In this document: in pieces, positions 51,161 to 64,000 of the stretch
Position numbering within the stretch: position 1 is the first letter of the stretch
How the letters are laid out: the number at the start of each line of letters is the position of its first letter
Origin: Microbotryum violaceum
Taxonomy: Eukaryota
Assembly: GCA_001244265.2 (NCBI GenBank)
Contig: CDLV01000004.1
Span: forward strand, 2,604,001 to 2,668,000
Reading direction: 5' to 3'
DNA: 64,000 nucleotides
Made by a program: the position numbers and the translations under genes
The notes under the pieces: model-generated
Databases searched by the model: none
What the model was told of the DNA's origin: nothing
The model's input: only the letters and a program-made list of their open reading frames with translations

Positions 51161-52202
51161 AAAAGGTTCCTTCTTGCTTTCGGTGCACGGTTCCAGCTTC
51201 GGGAAGGTGAGGTTGACTTGTTCCTTGGCATGAAAATCACGGTCAACGAGACGCGGGGGGAGCTTTGCATGGATCAGTGTCACCTTGCGGAGTCCATTCT
51301 TGCAACTCGAGGATTCACGGATTGCAAGCCTGCATTGACACGGTGGTTGGACAGCTACTCGCCATCTGGTCATGTCATGGACACCTCATTCCCATATCGC
51401 AGCATTGTCGGGGAACTTCTCTGGCTCGCTGGGTGCACTCGTCCCAAATTGTTGTTCACGGTGGCTCATCTCGCTTGTTTCATGTCCAATCCTCAAGCCA
51501 AACACATTGCTCGCGCCAAGCATGTACTCCGCTACCTCAAGGGCACGGTGTCTCTCGGCCTCGTCTATCATTGGGACCTTGGAACCGAGATTGTGCCATA
51601 CTCCGATGCTGATCACACTGGCAACAAGTCGTCCCGGGTTTCTGTCTCGGGCCACGTTGTGTTAAAGAGGATTTGGCGCATGCATCTCTTGAAGGTGCCT
51701 TCACTTTTGGTGTACTGGTTAAGGCGACCAGGATGGTTTTGCAACACGTTGTCCAGATGGCGGGCTGCGCAATCACTTGGTTGGCCCAACGGCAAACTGG
51801 TGTGGCTCATTTGTCTGTCGAAGCCAAATATGTCGCCCTTTTGTCAACGTGCAGAGAAGTCATGTGGCTGCGCTCACTGTTATTTGCACTTGGATTCCTG
51901 TGCATTGGCCCGACCATCATTTGAGCGGATTCCACGGGTGCCATCACGCTCTCAAAGCATCCAACTTTGCCCACAATGACAAAACACATCTTGGTCGCAT
52001 ATCACCTTTCCAGACGGTTGCAAGACGATGGCCATGTCGACATTTGCTGGGTTGAGGCAAATCTCATGGTTGCCGACATCATGACCAAGGGTCTGGGCAA
52101 GCCAAGCACGAGCATTTTGTGGAACGCCTTGGGCTCACAGCCGTAGCTTGTCAGGGGAGACGTTGGAATGGGTTGGTGCAACAGAAGACAATCTCGTCTG
52201 TG
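51160..52202 (+). mobile_element. Second Copia-B family fragment (RT/RNase H plus first ~42 bp of LTR)
   Basis: Near-identical to 42410-43041; includes FLGMKI..YRSIVGELLWL, the segment missing from the first copy. Confidence 0.88.
51660..51746. mobile_element. 87-bp solo-LTR-like insertion
   Basis: TGTT..AACA termini; 5-bp TSD CGTTG (51655-51659, 51747-51751); absent from the paralog at ~42581-42595. Confidence 0.85.
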
Positions 52203-55200
52203 TGTTGTGGGAAATTAATAAAGGGTCAGCGGTCCAGAGGGACTTGTGGCATTGGGAAGTTGACGCGCACGTTGCGCGGCGCAGGATGGAGGCAGATGGC
52301 GGTGTGGCGTATTGATTGGACTCAGAGGTGGCTTGCACACGGATACTATCTAAGGCTCTGGTCTCGTTCACTCTCTCCTTCTTCTTTAACACACACTCAA
52401 TATCTATCTTGCCCATTTGCCTGCTACAAGTTGATTGACCTTGGCGATACTCTATCTCACAATAGGTCATCTATCAACGCCGTGTAGCTACAGTGAATCT
52501 TCATTCATTCATTGGTACTCCAAGTCCAAATCCACAACAGGTTATGAGTTCGACGACTACCACCAATGTATCGAATGAAGGGGACGTCAAGATCACCAAG
52601 CTCGGTAAAGATAACTACGAGCTGTGGTCGATCCGAGTCGACGCGTTCCTCGAAGGTCGTGGCTACAACAGTGTACTTCAACACGGAGCCGACCGACCAT
52701 CGAGTATGGATGTGCAAGCATGGAAGACTCTCCATGGCATCGACCCAAGTCTAGAGGAGGGCAAGGTCCCGACTCTAATCACCAAGTGGGATCGTAGTGC
52801 GCGCGCAATCATCATCTTGTGCCTCGACGATTCGAATCTCAAGATGGTCAAGAGCAAGTCGCTCTCAGCCAAAAACATCTGGGAGAAGTTGAAACAACAC
52901 CGCGAAGGGAACGCCGATCCGTTCAAGATTCGCACGCTACTCTACGGTTATTTCGAATGCGTCGTACAATGAGGACACCAACCTCGGCGAGTTTCTCCAG
53001 GGCATCACGGACAAGGTCGATCAACTCGAAGATCTCGGCCAAAAGTTCAAGGATGAAGCCATCGTCGCGTTTATGCTTCAAGCTCTACCTCCCTCATACA
53101 AGATGCTCAAGCAAGCTATAAAGCTCAGCGATAAGTGCTTGGTTGACTACGCCGTCAATCGACTTACCGATGAGTACAGTGAACGCAAGCTCACTGGCAA
53201 GTACGACAAATTACTCAAGAACGCGGCAGCGTTAGCGGTTCGCGAAGGCACGCAAGTCAAGCGTGATCCGAACTGCATTTGTTGTGGTTGCAAGGGAACC
53301 GGTCATTACCAAATCGATCCGGAATGTCCCAAGTACGATCCGAACGCCAAACGCGGTCGTAACAAGAACCACAGCAACAAGAAGAAGAAGCAACATACGC
53401 ATTCCAAGGGATCTGCGGATTCGGAGGAGTCGGCTTCTTTTGCGTTGGTGGTCAAGTCTCTCGAGGAGAGCCATTCGCTTCACATCAACGTCGCGAATAG
53501 GGTGTCACAGAAAGACCAGAGTGAGATCTGGATCCTGGACACCGGTGCAAGTCAGCACTACGTTGGCAACGCAAGTCTGCTTACCGACCGTCAACATGGA
53601 AGTCTGAACGTTCAAACCGCAAGCGGTCAGGTAGTACATTGCGACACGTATGGTACGGTACGGTTCAAGTTGAGAAGCGAGGCCTCGCTCTCACTTTCAA
53701 ACGTCTACCATCTCCCGGGCGCTCCGGTGAACCTTGTCTCGACTCGTGCTCTATACCGATCAGGAGCTAGTTGCGGATGGGAAGACAGCAGGGATGTCAA
53801 CGATCAAGATCAAAGGGCTTACCGTAGCAAAGACGCTGAACGGTACCGGTTACACCCTCGACTTTACGCGCATTGTTGAGGACCAAGCTCATGTTGCAAC
53901 TCGTGCGACAGTGGGAGCGCCTTTGATGGAATGGCATCGTCGCTACGGCCACATCGCCGTGAGCTCGCTCAAGGAGCTCGTCAAGTCAGGCGCTGTAGAT
54001 GGACTAGTTCTCACCGACGAGAAGGTCCACGACTGCGAGCCCTGCATCAGTTCCAAGTCTCGCGTATCGAAGTTCTCCGAGTTGGTTACTCATGTCACCA
54101 ACGTCCTTCAACGCGTATTCATGGACATCGGATTCGTCGCAGAAGATCAAGTCGATTTTCAAGGTCGAAAGGCGTACCTGGCTATTGTAGACCAGTACTC
54201 GACTGCGAAGTGGACATTTCCGTTGAAGACCAAGTCGGCCGAAGAAGTTACTCGCGTATGGATCGCATTTTGACAAGGTGTTGAGAAGATGACTGGTCGC
54301 AAAATCAAGCGCGTTCGCACGGACAATGGCAACGAGTTCACCAACAAGCTCATCGGCACAGATTTCCAAAGTCAAGGAATTCTACATGAGACCTCAGCAC
54401 CGTACACCCCACAACAGAATGGAACGGTCAAAGAAGCCCAAGGTCTCGCACTTTCGTCCGTTTGGATCGACCGTCTTCGCGCAAGTCAAGTTGAAACGCT
54501 CTAAGCTCGAGCTGACTTCAGTCAGGGGAACATTCATTGGGTATGACAACGAGTACCACTATCCCGTGCTTGTCGACTCCGATTCGGAACACAAGGTGGT
54601 CATCACACGCGACATTGCGGTCTTGAACCTACAACCAGAGGAGGTCCGTGCACCGGAGGTCACGACTTTGCTCGAGGGGCCAGATGAAGATGTGGGTCCC
54701 GTCTTGGAAGGCAACGACACCGGAGACGAACTTCAGGATGAGGTTGCTGTAGAGCAGATAGCCCCTGCTCATCCAAACCGTCCTCGTTGGGAACACGGAG
54801 ATCCTGCGGTTAGGGGTCGAAACCCAGGCAGGTTTGAGGAGATCAACACAGGCAACGAGATTCATCAGCGTACTCGTGGCCAAAGACGCATTGCGGAACA
54901 ACAAGGTCTCTTTGTCACAGATATACCCAAACTCGATCCCAAACCACCCATCATGTCTGGCTATGCGATGATCAGCACCGATCGACCGGCCGTACCCAGC
55001 AGCTACAAAGAAGCGATGAATAATGTCGAAGCGGACAAGTGGAAGGAAGCTATCCAGGACGAACTCAATGCGATGGATCGTCATCAAGTCCTTGCAGACT
55101 CGGATCTTCCCCACGGTGCTCGCGCTCTCGGGTCGAAGTGGGTTTTTGCTCGTAAGGAGAACGCTCAAGGAGAAGTCATTCGTTACAAGGCTCGATTGGT

Positions 55201-56883
55201 CGCGCAAGGTTCTGCGCAGTGATCTGGCATTGACTACAATGAGACTTTCGCTCCTGTTGCTCGCTCTACGACAATTCTCTTTCTCATCGCCATCGCTGCA
55301 TCCCAAGGACTGTGCCTCGAACAATTCAATTACAACTCAGCGTTTCTGAACGGAACGATGACGGAGATGGTCTACATGAAGTATCCCAAGGGTTGGGATC
55401 GTCCTCAGTTTGGCCAAGTCCTTCGTCTTGTCAAATCAATGTATGGAACGAAGCAAGCTCATCGAGAATGGAACTCGGCAGTCAACAAACTCATGGTCGC
55501 TTGTGGTTACTCGCGATCTAACGCCGATTCATGTCTTTATGTCAAGCGTGTTAAGGAGATGTTCATCTACATTACTCTTTACGTCAATGATGGACTCGCT
55601 GCCTCGAACGATCAGACGTTTCTGGATTCGGAGATCCAAGCTTTCAACAAGGTGTACCAACCCAAGCGACTTGGTCCTGTGAAGGTGTTTCTCGGTGTTG
55701 AATTCCTGCGCTCGTCCAAGTTCATCTTCGTGCACCAGTCCAAGTACATCAGGAGCCTTGTCGCTATGTATGTCGGAGATCACGGATCGAAGCACCCAGC
55801 GAAGGTCCCGATGGAGCCCAGGTTGAACATGGAACACTCGGCGGAGCTGTTTGACAACATTGCACTCTACCAGTCAGCAGTGGGAGCTTTGCAGTATGCT
55901 GCGCATCGTGCTCGTCCCGACATCGTCACTTCGGTTTGTGCAGCAGCTTCCAAGGTTTCAGCTCCTACCCAGGCCGACTGGATCGCGGTGAAGAGGATCA
56001 TCCGCTACTTGCAAAGTACCATTGACTGGGACTCAAGTACAACCTCGAGGGTTCGACTGTGTTCGAACTCTACTCCGATGCCTCGTGGGGAGACGACATG
56101 TTGACTGGCAAGTTGATAGGAGCGTTCGTCTCGATCATGGCAGGCGCAGCAATTTCTTGGCAGAGTAAGCAGCAATTGACGGTTGCGACTTTGACTACTG
56201 AGGCCGAGATCTTGGCTGCTTCCGCGACAGCAAAGGAGGCCATGTGGCTTCGACGCCTGGCTGCGGATCTCAAGATTCAACAGCCTGGATCTACACTTCT
56301 CTGGGAGGACAATCAGGCGGTGATTGTGATCGCACAGAACCCGGCTCATCATGGTAGGACGAAGCACTACAGTGTGCATCACATCTACATTTGCGAGCGA
56401 GTTACGACTGGCAACATTCAAATCAAGTATTGCAAGACAGGAGCCATGACTGCGGATCTTCTCACCAAGCCGCTCGCTCGCAACTTGTTCGAACTTCATC
56501 GTGATGGATTGGGGATGGCATCCCTTGGAGCCTTGACCAGTGGGAGTGTTGTGGGAAATTAGTAAAGGGTCAGCGGTCCAGAGGGACTTGTGGCATTGGG
56601 AAGTTGGCGCGCGCGTGGCGCGGCGCCGGATGGAGGCAGATGGCGGGGTGGCGTATTGATTGGACTCAGAGGTGGCTTGCACGCGGATACTATCTAAGGC
56701 TCTGGTCTCGTTCACTCTCTCCTTCTTCTTTAACACACACTCGATATCTATCTTGCCCATTCGCCTGCTACAAGTTGATTGACCTTGGCGATACTCTATC
56801 TCACAATAGGTCATCTATCAACGCCGTGTAGCTACAGCGAATCTTCATTCATTCATTGGTACTCCAAGTCCAAATCCACAACA
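52203..56883 (+). mobile_element. Degenerate Copia-C with both 337-bp LTRs (52203-52539, 56547-56883), integrase deletion, no TSD
   Basis: PBS GGTTATGAG at 52540; [49 protein letters not shown]; about 10 LTR mismatches; flanks CTGTG and CAAGC. Confidence 0.92.
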
Positions 56884-57990
56884 CAAGCGTTCCAGCGTTG
56901 CTCAGGCAGATCAAATACCTTCTGGTGTCCCTTGGGGAAGATAGGGGGGAAGATGAAGACTTGGTGGCGTTTGGACGCGTTCACAAACGAAGACGGGGTC
57001 ATCACCTCGCCATCGGGACCTCGAAAAAGCATCGGGTTTACCGAGAGTTGTATTCCGTGGCCCGCTGGGAAATAGAGTACGTGCGTCGCCCATTGCTCGA
57101 GGTTCTGGCTCTTGGAGAGTTCCGGGGGATTGAGCGTGGTCACCAACGCCCAGGCTTCGAAGTATCGGACCCAACGAGCAGGAAGAGGTTTTGTCGTTTT
57201 TCTCACCGCATGGTCCCACTTTGGGGGAGGATGGCAAAAGTAAGCCCACCAGATCCAAATCCAAGGGCAACGATGCTGGTTGGGGGCCGGTCTGGACAAG
57301 GTGAAAGGGGTTGGTTCGTTTGGTGCCTGGAGGCGGATGCGGATGTCAAAGAGGTGGCGTGTGAAACAGCCGTCCGGTGCCCGTAGCTGGAAGACCCACT
57401 TCGCGTGATCGATTGCTAGACGCCGAGGCAGATCAATCAAACCGAAGCCGCCGTGATCGAGAGGGGTGCAGAGGCGCGACCGGGAGACCTTCGGACGTCG
57501 CTGAGTACCATCCGAAGCTCGACCGTGAATGGCGAGCATGGCGGCCTCCTCGATCTCCTTGACAACGCTCTTGGGGGCGGGAAGGAATCGGCTGTAGTAC
57601 AAGATCTTTGTGTAGCAGTAGATGTTGATGATCGAACACTTGGCTGCATATGGGAGATCGTACATCGGAACTGAGCGTATCCGAGCAATGGTCGAGGCCT
57701 TGACATCTTCCCAGCCCGCATCCTCAGCGATCTCCACCCCGACCTGAATACCAAGGTAGCGAAGCTGCCAATCGCTGAGACGCCAGGTCCCGAGATCTGG
57801 GGTGATCGACCGATCCCGAAAAGCTCCAAGGGGTTAGAGGAAAGATTTGACGTTGCTGAGCTTGCTGGCACTTGCCCGTTCGTAAAGCTCGATCGCCCGA
57901 TTGAGGTGGTCGAGGTCCGAGATGTTGTGGAGTGCGCAGCAAGCGTCGTCGGCAAAAACGAGTTCGCGAACGTTTTGGAGGCCCGCAATC
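56884..57990 (-). mobile_element. LINE ORF2 internal fragment (post-RT region)
   Basis: Reverse complement near-identical to 29415-30008 and continues through the segment deleted there. Confidence 0.9.
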
Positions 57991-58299
57991 TGAGACTTCT
58001 CTCCTTCCGATGCCTTTGGCGTTCGCGAAATGGACTAGGGTAGCCAGAGCCAGGAGTCGACTAGCGCTCGGGGACAGGATCGGAGGTCGTCGCGCGCGCG
58101 GGTAGGATTGCCTCATCCGGCGCCGGGTCAATCGAGTCACAGTTGTCGTCGGTGAGTCGTCGGTCATGCACAAAGGAGATCCGGTCATCAAAAGCTTGGA
58201 TCGAGAAGGTCACACTCGTCGCAGGTGACGCTGTGGAGGGAGCACGCCGAACCATCAAACACCCGTTTACACCCGTTTAGCGCGGCGGAGTTCGGCAGT

Positions 58300-60239
58300 A
58301 AATTGGGTGTACGATCTGGAGTACCACAAGATCCTCAACATCCCGGTTCGGTGGGGTGACCATCACGTTGGCAGGTGTGTGCCAAACTTTCAAAAGCAAA
58401 ATGCAGGGCAGCATGACTAATGACCGGTTGGACTGTAACATTACAGGAAATCCGAAGCAATGCCTTCCCGTTATTCCACGGCTTGGTTCGGTGGAATGAC
58501 CGTCGTGTTGGCAGGTATGTGCCAATCTTTCAAAAGCAAAGCGCAGGGCAGTATGATTAACTGACCGGTTGGACTGTAACATCATAGGGGATCCGAGGCA
58601 ACGCCTTCCCATTATTCCCAAGTCATTTCCTTTACAGATCGTCGATTTCGTTGATGCTCCGGGAGGGACAGGCAAAACGTTTTTGGAAGAAACGGTCCTT
58701 GCTCGGATTCGGTCAGAGGGAACATACGCGCTTGCCGTTGTATCATCGGGTATCGCTGCACTGCCACTGCCAAAAGGCAGCACGGCACATTCACGGTTCA
58801 AGATCCCGATAGACATCTTCGACGACTTTACGTGCAATGTTCCGAAACAAGAACAGCTCGCCGAGCTTTGGGACAAGGCACCGATGCAGCACCGTCGATG
58901 TTTCCAGCTGGTGGACAGGATGTTGCAAGATGTGCGATCGTCAACGGCTCGGTTTGGTGGACTGATCGTCGTGTTAGCAGGTGTGTGCCAATCTTTCAAC
59001 AACACAGCGCAGGGCAGTATGAATAACTGACCGGTTGGACTGTAACATCACAGGGGACAAGTTTTCTCAAGATGCCTTCCCACGTCGTGGAATACTGACT
59101 TTTGGGGGGAAGTTGAGGTGCTGCTTGACTTCCTACGGTTGAGAATCCGGGTCATTGGAACACTAAATGTGAGTCTTCACTGCCATTGCTACAGATGGAC
59201 AACAGCGAGAATACTGATAGTCGAATCACGCAAGAAAACAGGCTCTGATTGCGTGAATTGCGGCTCACCATCCCGTGGCAGATCCTCAACGGCTCGGTTC
59301 GGCGGAGTGACCGTCGTGTTGGCAGGTATGTGCCAATCTTTCAAAAGCAGGGCACAGGGCAGCATGACTGACTGGCCGGTTGGACTGTAACATCACAGAG
59401 GATCCGAAGCAATGCCTTCCCGTTATTCCAAGTCATCGCCTGCACAAATCGTCGATGCTTGCATCATACATACTGACTTCTGCGGGGATCTCTCTGTAAG
59501 TAGTAGTCTTCGCCTGACCTTTAGACCCTATACTAACAACGGCACGGTACGGGCGCAGACAAACATGCCTCTTCAGGCCCCTGCAGACCGCATGACCGAA
59601 ACGGAACAGACAAAGGCACAGGGCTCTGCAGATTGGCTCTTAGGAGTTGGAGACGGCTCGGCGAACAAACAGAAGACTCTATCGGGCTCCCACGTGACCT
59701 TCTCCTGCAGGCGACCACGAGGAACATCCGGGTTGATCAGACACGTTTATCCCGTCCCCGCGCTCGAACTGGACAATATGTCGATAGGCGAAAAAGTCGA
59801 ATACTTCCCAGAGCGAGCAAAACTGGCGCCCAAAAATTCGCAGGTGGATCACATCAACGACATGGGGCTCGACCTGCTGCCGGGTGACGCTCAAACGTTC
59901 TACAGCGCGGATTCGGTCGATAACGAAGACGAATCACTGTTCTTGATCGAGTATCTTCAGAGTCTCAACATCACCAAGATGGTGTTGCTCCACACTTGAA
60001 GCGGGTCTCGACGACGGTCTGAGCCCATATGGCATCGGGCTCCCGGAGAATAAAAAAAGTAGTTCAATGATGAAATGAAGGCTCTGTACATGTGATTGTC
60101 ATCGCGCGGCTCTCTCACAACCTGATTCACTAGCTTTTCGCTACTAAACAGTACCGCAGCTGTTGCAGCGAAGTACATCACATTGCAGGTCAACGGTTAC
60201 GGTGTGAGGTGGCGCGCGGAGCGCGCCGCCGAACCTTAG
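58300..60239 (+). mobile_element. Degenerate Helitron 3' part: PIF1-like helicase pieces plus candidate 3' hairpin terminus
   Basis: DAPGGTGKTFL (Walker A), [46 protein letters not shown]; hairpin GGTGGCGCGC-GGA-GCGCGCCGCC (60208-60230) then TTAG|T. Confidence 0.82.
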
Positions 60240-60840
60240 TATAGTGTTAAGGATGGGATAATATGTGAAAGCTTCAGATTCAAGCCATGATTTCTGCTAG
60301 CCTTGCGTAACCTCTCCTGTCAGGAAGTGGCAGCGCGATATATCGTGGCTTCCCCAAGCCGAGGAATTGTTGCTTCGCTTCAAATACGAACATAATTATT
60401 TTGACTGTTTGCTACACACTGTAGAATTATTTTCTGCCGTGATTACATTCGGACGAGCTCCGTCGTCGGATTGGCAGGCCGGGGGCGAACCGCGCGTATA
60501 AAATGAAGTCCCATCGGGGAGCGTGCATACTTCATAGCTTGCAGTGGAATAGAGCGTAGTAGAGCAGCGATTATGGTCCCAGTGATGTCGCCCATATGAC
60601 CGTGTGTCTTTTGGTTCTGGTCACCGGTGCTTTCGTAGCCTTCCAAGTTGAAAAGACTCGGCCGTCTCGGCGATCTCGGGCCTCTCGGTGAAATGGTGAG
60701 GAGCAGGCCCGGCTGGTGCAGGCTCCGGTAGCTTTGGTGCTAATCCAGCCAACGGCTATCGGGCGAGCCTGTTCCACCGAGGTCTACCTTGACCTCGTCC
60801 CTACTCGAGACGGAGCTCGCACCCACCCGCATCCACCATC

Positions 60841-63669
60841 ATGGCGTCACGATCCTACAACATCCCTACACATCTCCCCATCTTGCCGTGAGTCACCCCA
60901 CCGGCGACCGTCGGCCTCACCACGCACCAGGTCGTGTGGGAGACGACGCGTCAGCCGGCAGCAACGACCGCTCGTCGCTGCTTAACGTTGCCTGGTACGA
61001 TCATACAGGTTGCAGGAGAAGCAGGTTCTGTACCCTTCACTCGTCCTTTCGATCCAAGTCGTCCTTTCGATCCAAGTTGTCTCGAAGCATTCAGTTGCGT
61101 TGCTGCAAAGTGTGCTCAGGGTGAGTTGACTGCTCCTGTCCGTTTGTCGTCATCCCCCGTCCGTCCATGGCAGCAACGTTGGCTCGTGATCTTGGCCCCG
61201 CTCGGCCTGGTCACGCCACCGAACGCCGGACAGACGCTTCTTCGACCATCGACGCGTAAAGTCCAGTCTCCAATTAGCTCAACTGTTTCTGATTCATTCA
61301 TATCCTCCTTCAACAGGAAGCCGAACAGAACTCGGGCAACAAGCCCCTCATCATCGGTGTCGTACCCCTGAAGGACACGTCCTCGCCAACAACCGGACCA
61401 CCGTCTAGGCCAACTCCGAACCCAAATCGGCGGGACCCTTACCGAACACCTCCTCATTCCGATGACGAGTCGGATAACCAAAACAAGTCCAATTCGGCCA
61501 AATCCAGGGCGGTTGTCTTGCACAAGAGTAGTGCTGCACGGGGCAAGCCACCCATCGCCGACCTCTTTGAATGCAGGTCTTTCACGCCGGTGTCGGCCTA
61601 TATCACCTACACTATGATACTTGCTGACGCGATCCTTTACCATTTTTTTACAGATGGTGTGGCGGCTCGTATTGTGCGACTCGAACGACTGTCTTCGGGC
61701 GGTTTCATCGTCGTTCTCGAAGGATTGGCCCGCATCGTTCTGCACATGGACGACCTGGGACCCTCGACGTTGCCGTTCCACGAAACGACGGTCACGGTCC
61801 TCAAGTCGACCCCCCTTTCTTCCTCCTCGTCTCTCCTCGAAGCGTTGCAGGCTATCGCGAATCAGGTCTTGACTTCACTCTCGGCTCTCGCGCCTTTGTC
61901 ACTGCTTCTCAATCGTCGACTCAAGTCGCTCATCGGATCCCTGACACCCGAGACCGCGCCCACTCTTGTCGACGCTCTCATTGGCTCGATCCCCATAAAT
62001 TCCACCACCGGATTGCTCTTCAGCGATCGACTCGCCATTCTGTCCACCTTGGGAGGTGACAATCGAGTTGCGCAGGCGATCGAAATTCTCGGCCGCGTCG
62101 ACGAATCGCTCAACCTCAAAAAGAGGATCGGCGACAAGGTCGACCAGAACACGAGCCGACGACAGAGGGAGTACCTCTTGATGCAGCAACTCATCGCCAT
62201 TCGACAAGAACTGGAAGAGTTGGCCGCGAATGACGTCAAGAATGGTCGAGCGTCGTCTTCACCTTTGAGTCGACTCCGGGGTGGTCGAGGAGACAAGAAG
62301 AAGAGTTCGGTCGACGACGATGATGACGACGATGAGGAGAACGAGGAGAACGAGACGGCCGAGTTGGAGAAGATGATCAAGGCCAAAGCCTGGACTGAGG
62401 AATCGCGCAAGGTCGTTTTACGCGAGTTCAAGCGGTTGAAAAAATCGCCCCCTCAAGGTGCCGAGCATGGCGTCATTCGCAACTACGTCGAGTGGATATT
62501 GGCTTTGCCATGGAACGAGTCGACGCCTTTGCCGCTGTCCAGGGACTTTATCGAACAGGCTAGGAAGAAGCTTGATGAATGATCATTATGGACTGGAGAA
62601 GGTCAAGAAGCGGTCGTTGGAATGGCTCGCCGTGCTGAGACTCAAGCAGGAGCAGTGGGAGGTCGACAATGCGGCTGCCGTTGCTTCGCTAGAACAGGCG
62701 CAGTTGACCGATGACACGCCCGCGAGAGGTTTCAATGAGGACGCCGTGGACTCGACGGTGGGTCAGGTCGTCGCCTCGACCAACGACAGTGCACCTCCAC
62801 CTACAGCCGCCCCGTCCGTGCCTGCTCCTTCGAGGCAGAACGTCGTCGCTAAGCCTCGCGACAAGGGCCCGATCCTTCTCCTCTGCGGCCCTCCCGGAAC
62901 GGGCAAGACCTCGATCGCCAAATCGCTCGCTTCGGCAATGGGTCGCAAGTTCCAACGCATTTCGCTGGGTGGTGTCCGGGACGAAGCCGAGATCCGTGGA
63001 CATCGTCGTACCTACGTTGCTGCGTTACCGGGTGCGATTGCTCAGGCGTTGCGCAAGTGCGGGACGAATAACCCTGTCATTCTGTTGGACGAGATTGATA
63101 AGCTTGGGTCTTCGAATACTTATGGTGATCCTGGAGCGGCGCTGTTGGAGGTGTTGGACCCGGAGCAGAACTATTCGTTCGAGGATCATTACTTGGGAAT
63201 CCCGTAAAACCATCCACATGCTCATCTCGCTTCAGAATCAGTATGACTGACCTTCTTTGACGAGTCTACAGCTTGGACTTGTCGAGCGTCTTGTTCATCG
63301 CCACGGCCAATAGCCTCGACACGAGTTCGGAACCGTTATTTGATCGAATGGAAACGATCGAACTGTCCGGTTATGTGGTGAGTGTATCACATAAAGCATG
63401 TCCAGGGTTGGTTGCAGCCCTAATCGAGCGTCCCTTCATCCAGCACTCGGAGAAGCTGGCGATCGCAAAGAAGTACTTGATCCCCAGACAGGTTAAAGCC
63501 AACTCCCTGCCAGCCGACCTCCTTTCGATCCCTGACGACGTCCTTCTCCACCTCATCACTTCATACACGCACGAAGCTGGTGTATGGACGCTCGAACGCG
63601 CAATTGAGGCTGTCTGCCGTGCCAAGGCCGTAGGATACACCAAGGCTCGCGATGAGGCCGAGGCGGCCA
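60841..63669 (+). pseudogene. LONP2: Peroxisomal-type Lon (AAA+) protease, frameshifted and truncated before the protease domain by a Copia LTR
   Basis: N-terminus MASRSYNIPTHLPILP with no mitochondrial presequence; [66 protein letters not shown]; +1 frameshift near 62580; coding interrupted at 63670. Confidence 0.85.

Positions 63670-64000
<331 letters not shown>

Noticed and set aside
58569..59030. Host PIF1 helicase gene
   Set aside because: Fragmented, internally repeated, present twice in the window and followed by a Helitron-type hairpin.

Overview
Eukaryotic, intron-rich fungal DNA. It is most consistent with a basidiomycete; an anther-smut-like (Microbotryum-type) genome is inferred from TCG>TTG hypermutation and gene decay, not proven. 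Bases 1-13 kb hold five spliced housekeeping genes: a CDC24 RhoGEF that looks pseudogenised, TFB4, METTL16, a BadF/NAGK-type sugar kinase and the betaine-lipid synthase BTA1. Bases 13.3-60.3 kb are a nested transposon graveyard. It contains a young full-length Ty1/Copia, an apparently complete PIF/Harbinger with a CTG target duplication, several decayed Copia and Ty3/Gypsy (chromovirus) elements, L1/Tx1-like LINE pieces, a DIRS/Ngaro-like remnant, Helitron helicase pieces, two copies of a 2-bp-TSD MITE and an 87-bp solo-LTR-like insertion. The window ends in a peroxisomal-type Lon protease gene that is frameshifted and cut by a Copia LTR. I found no convincing novel enzymatic or defence system. 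The most interesting signals are decay of conserved genes, a TCG-specific RIP-like signature, small possibly unannotated mobile elements with verifiable empty sites, and a conserved hairpin near the DIRS-like remnant. All alignments were done by eye.
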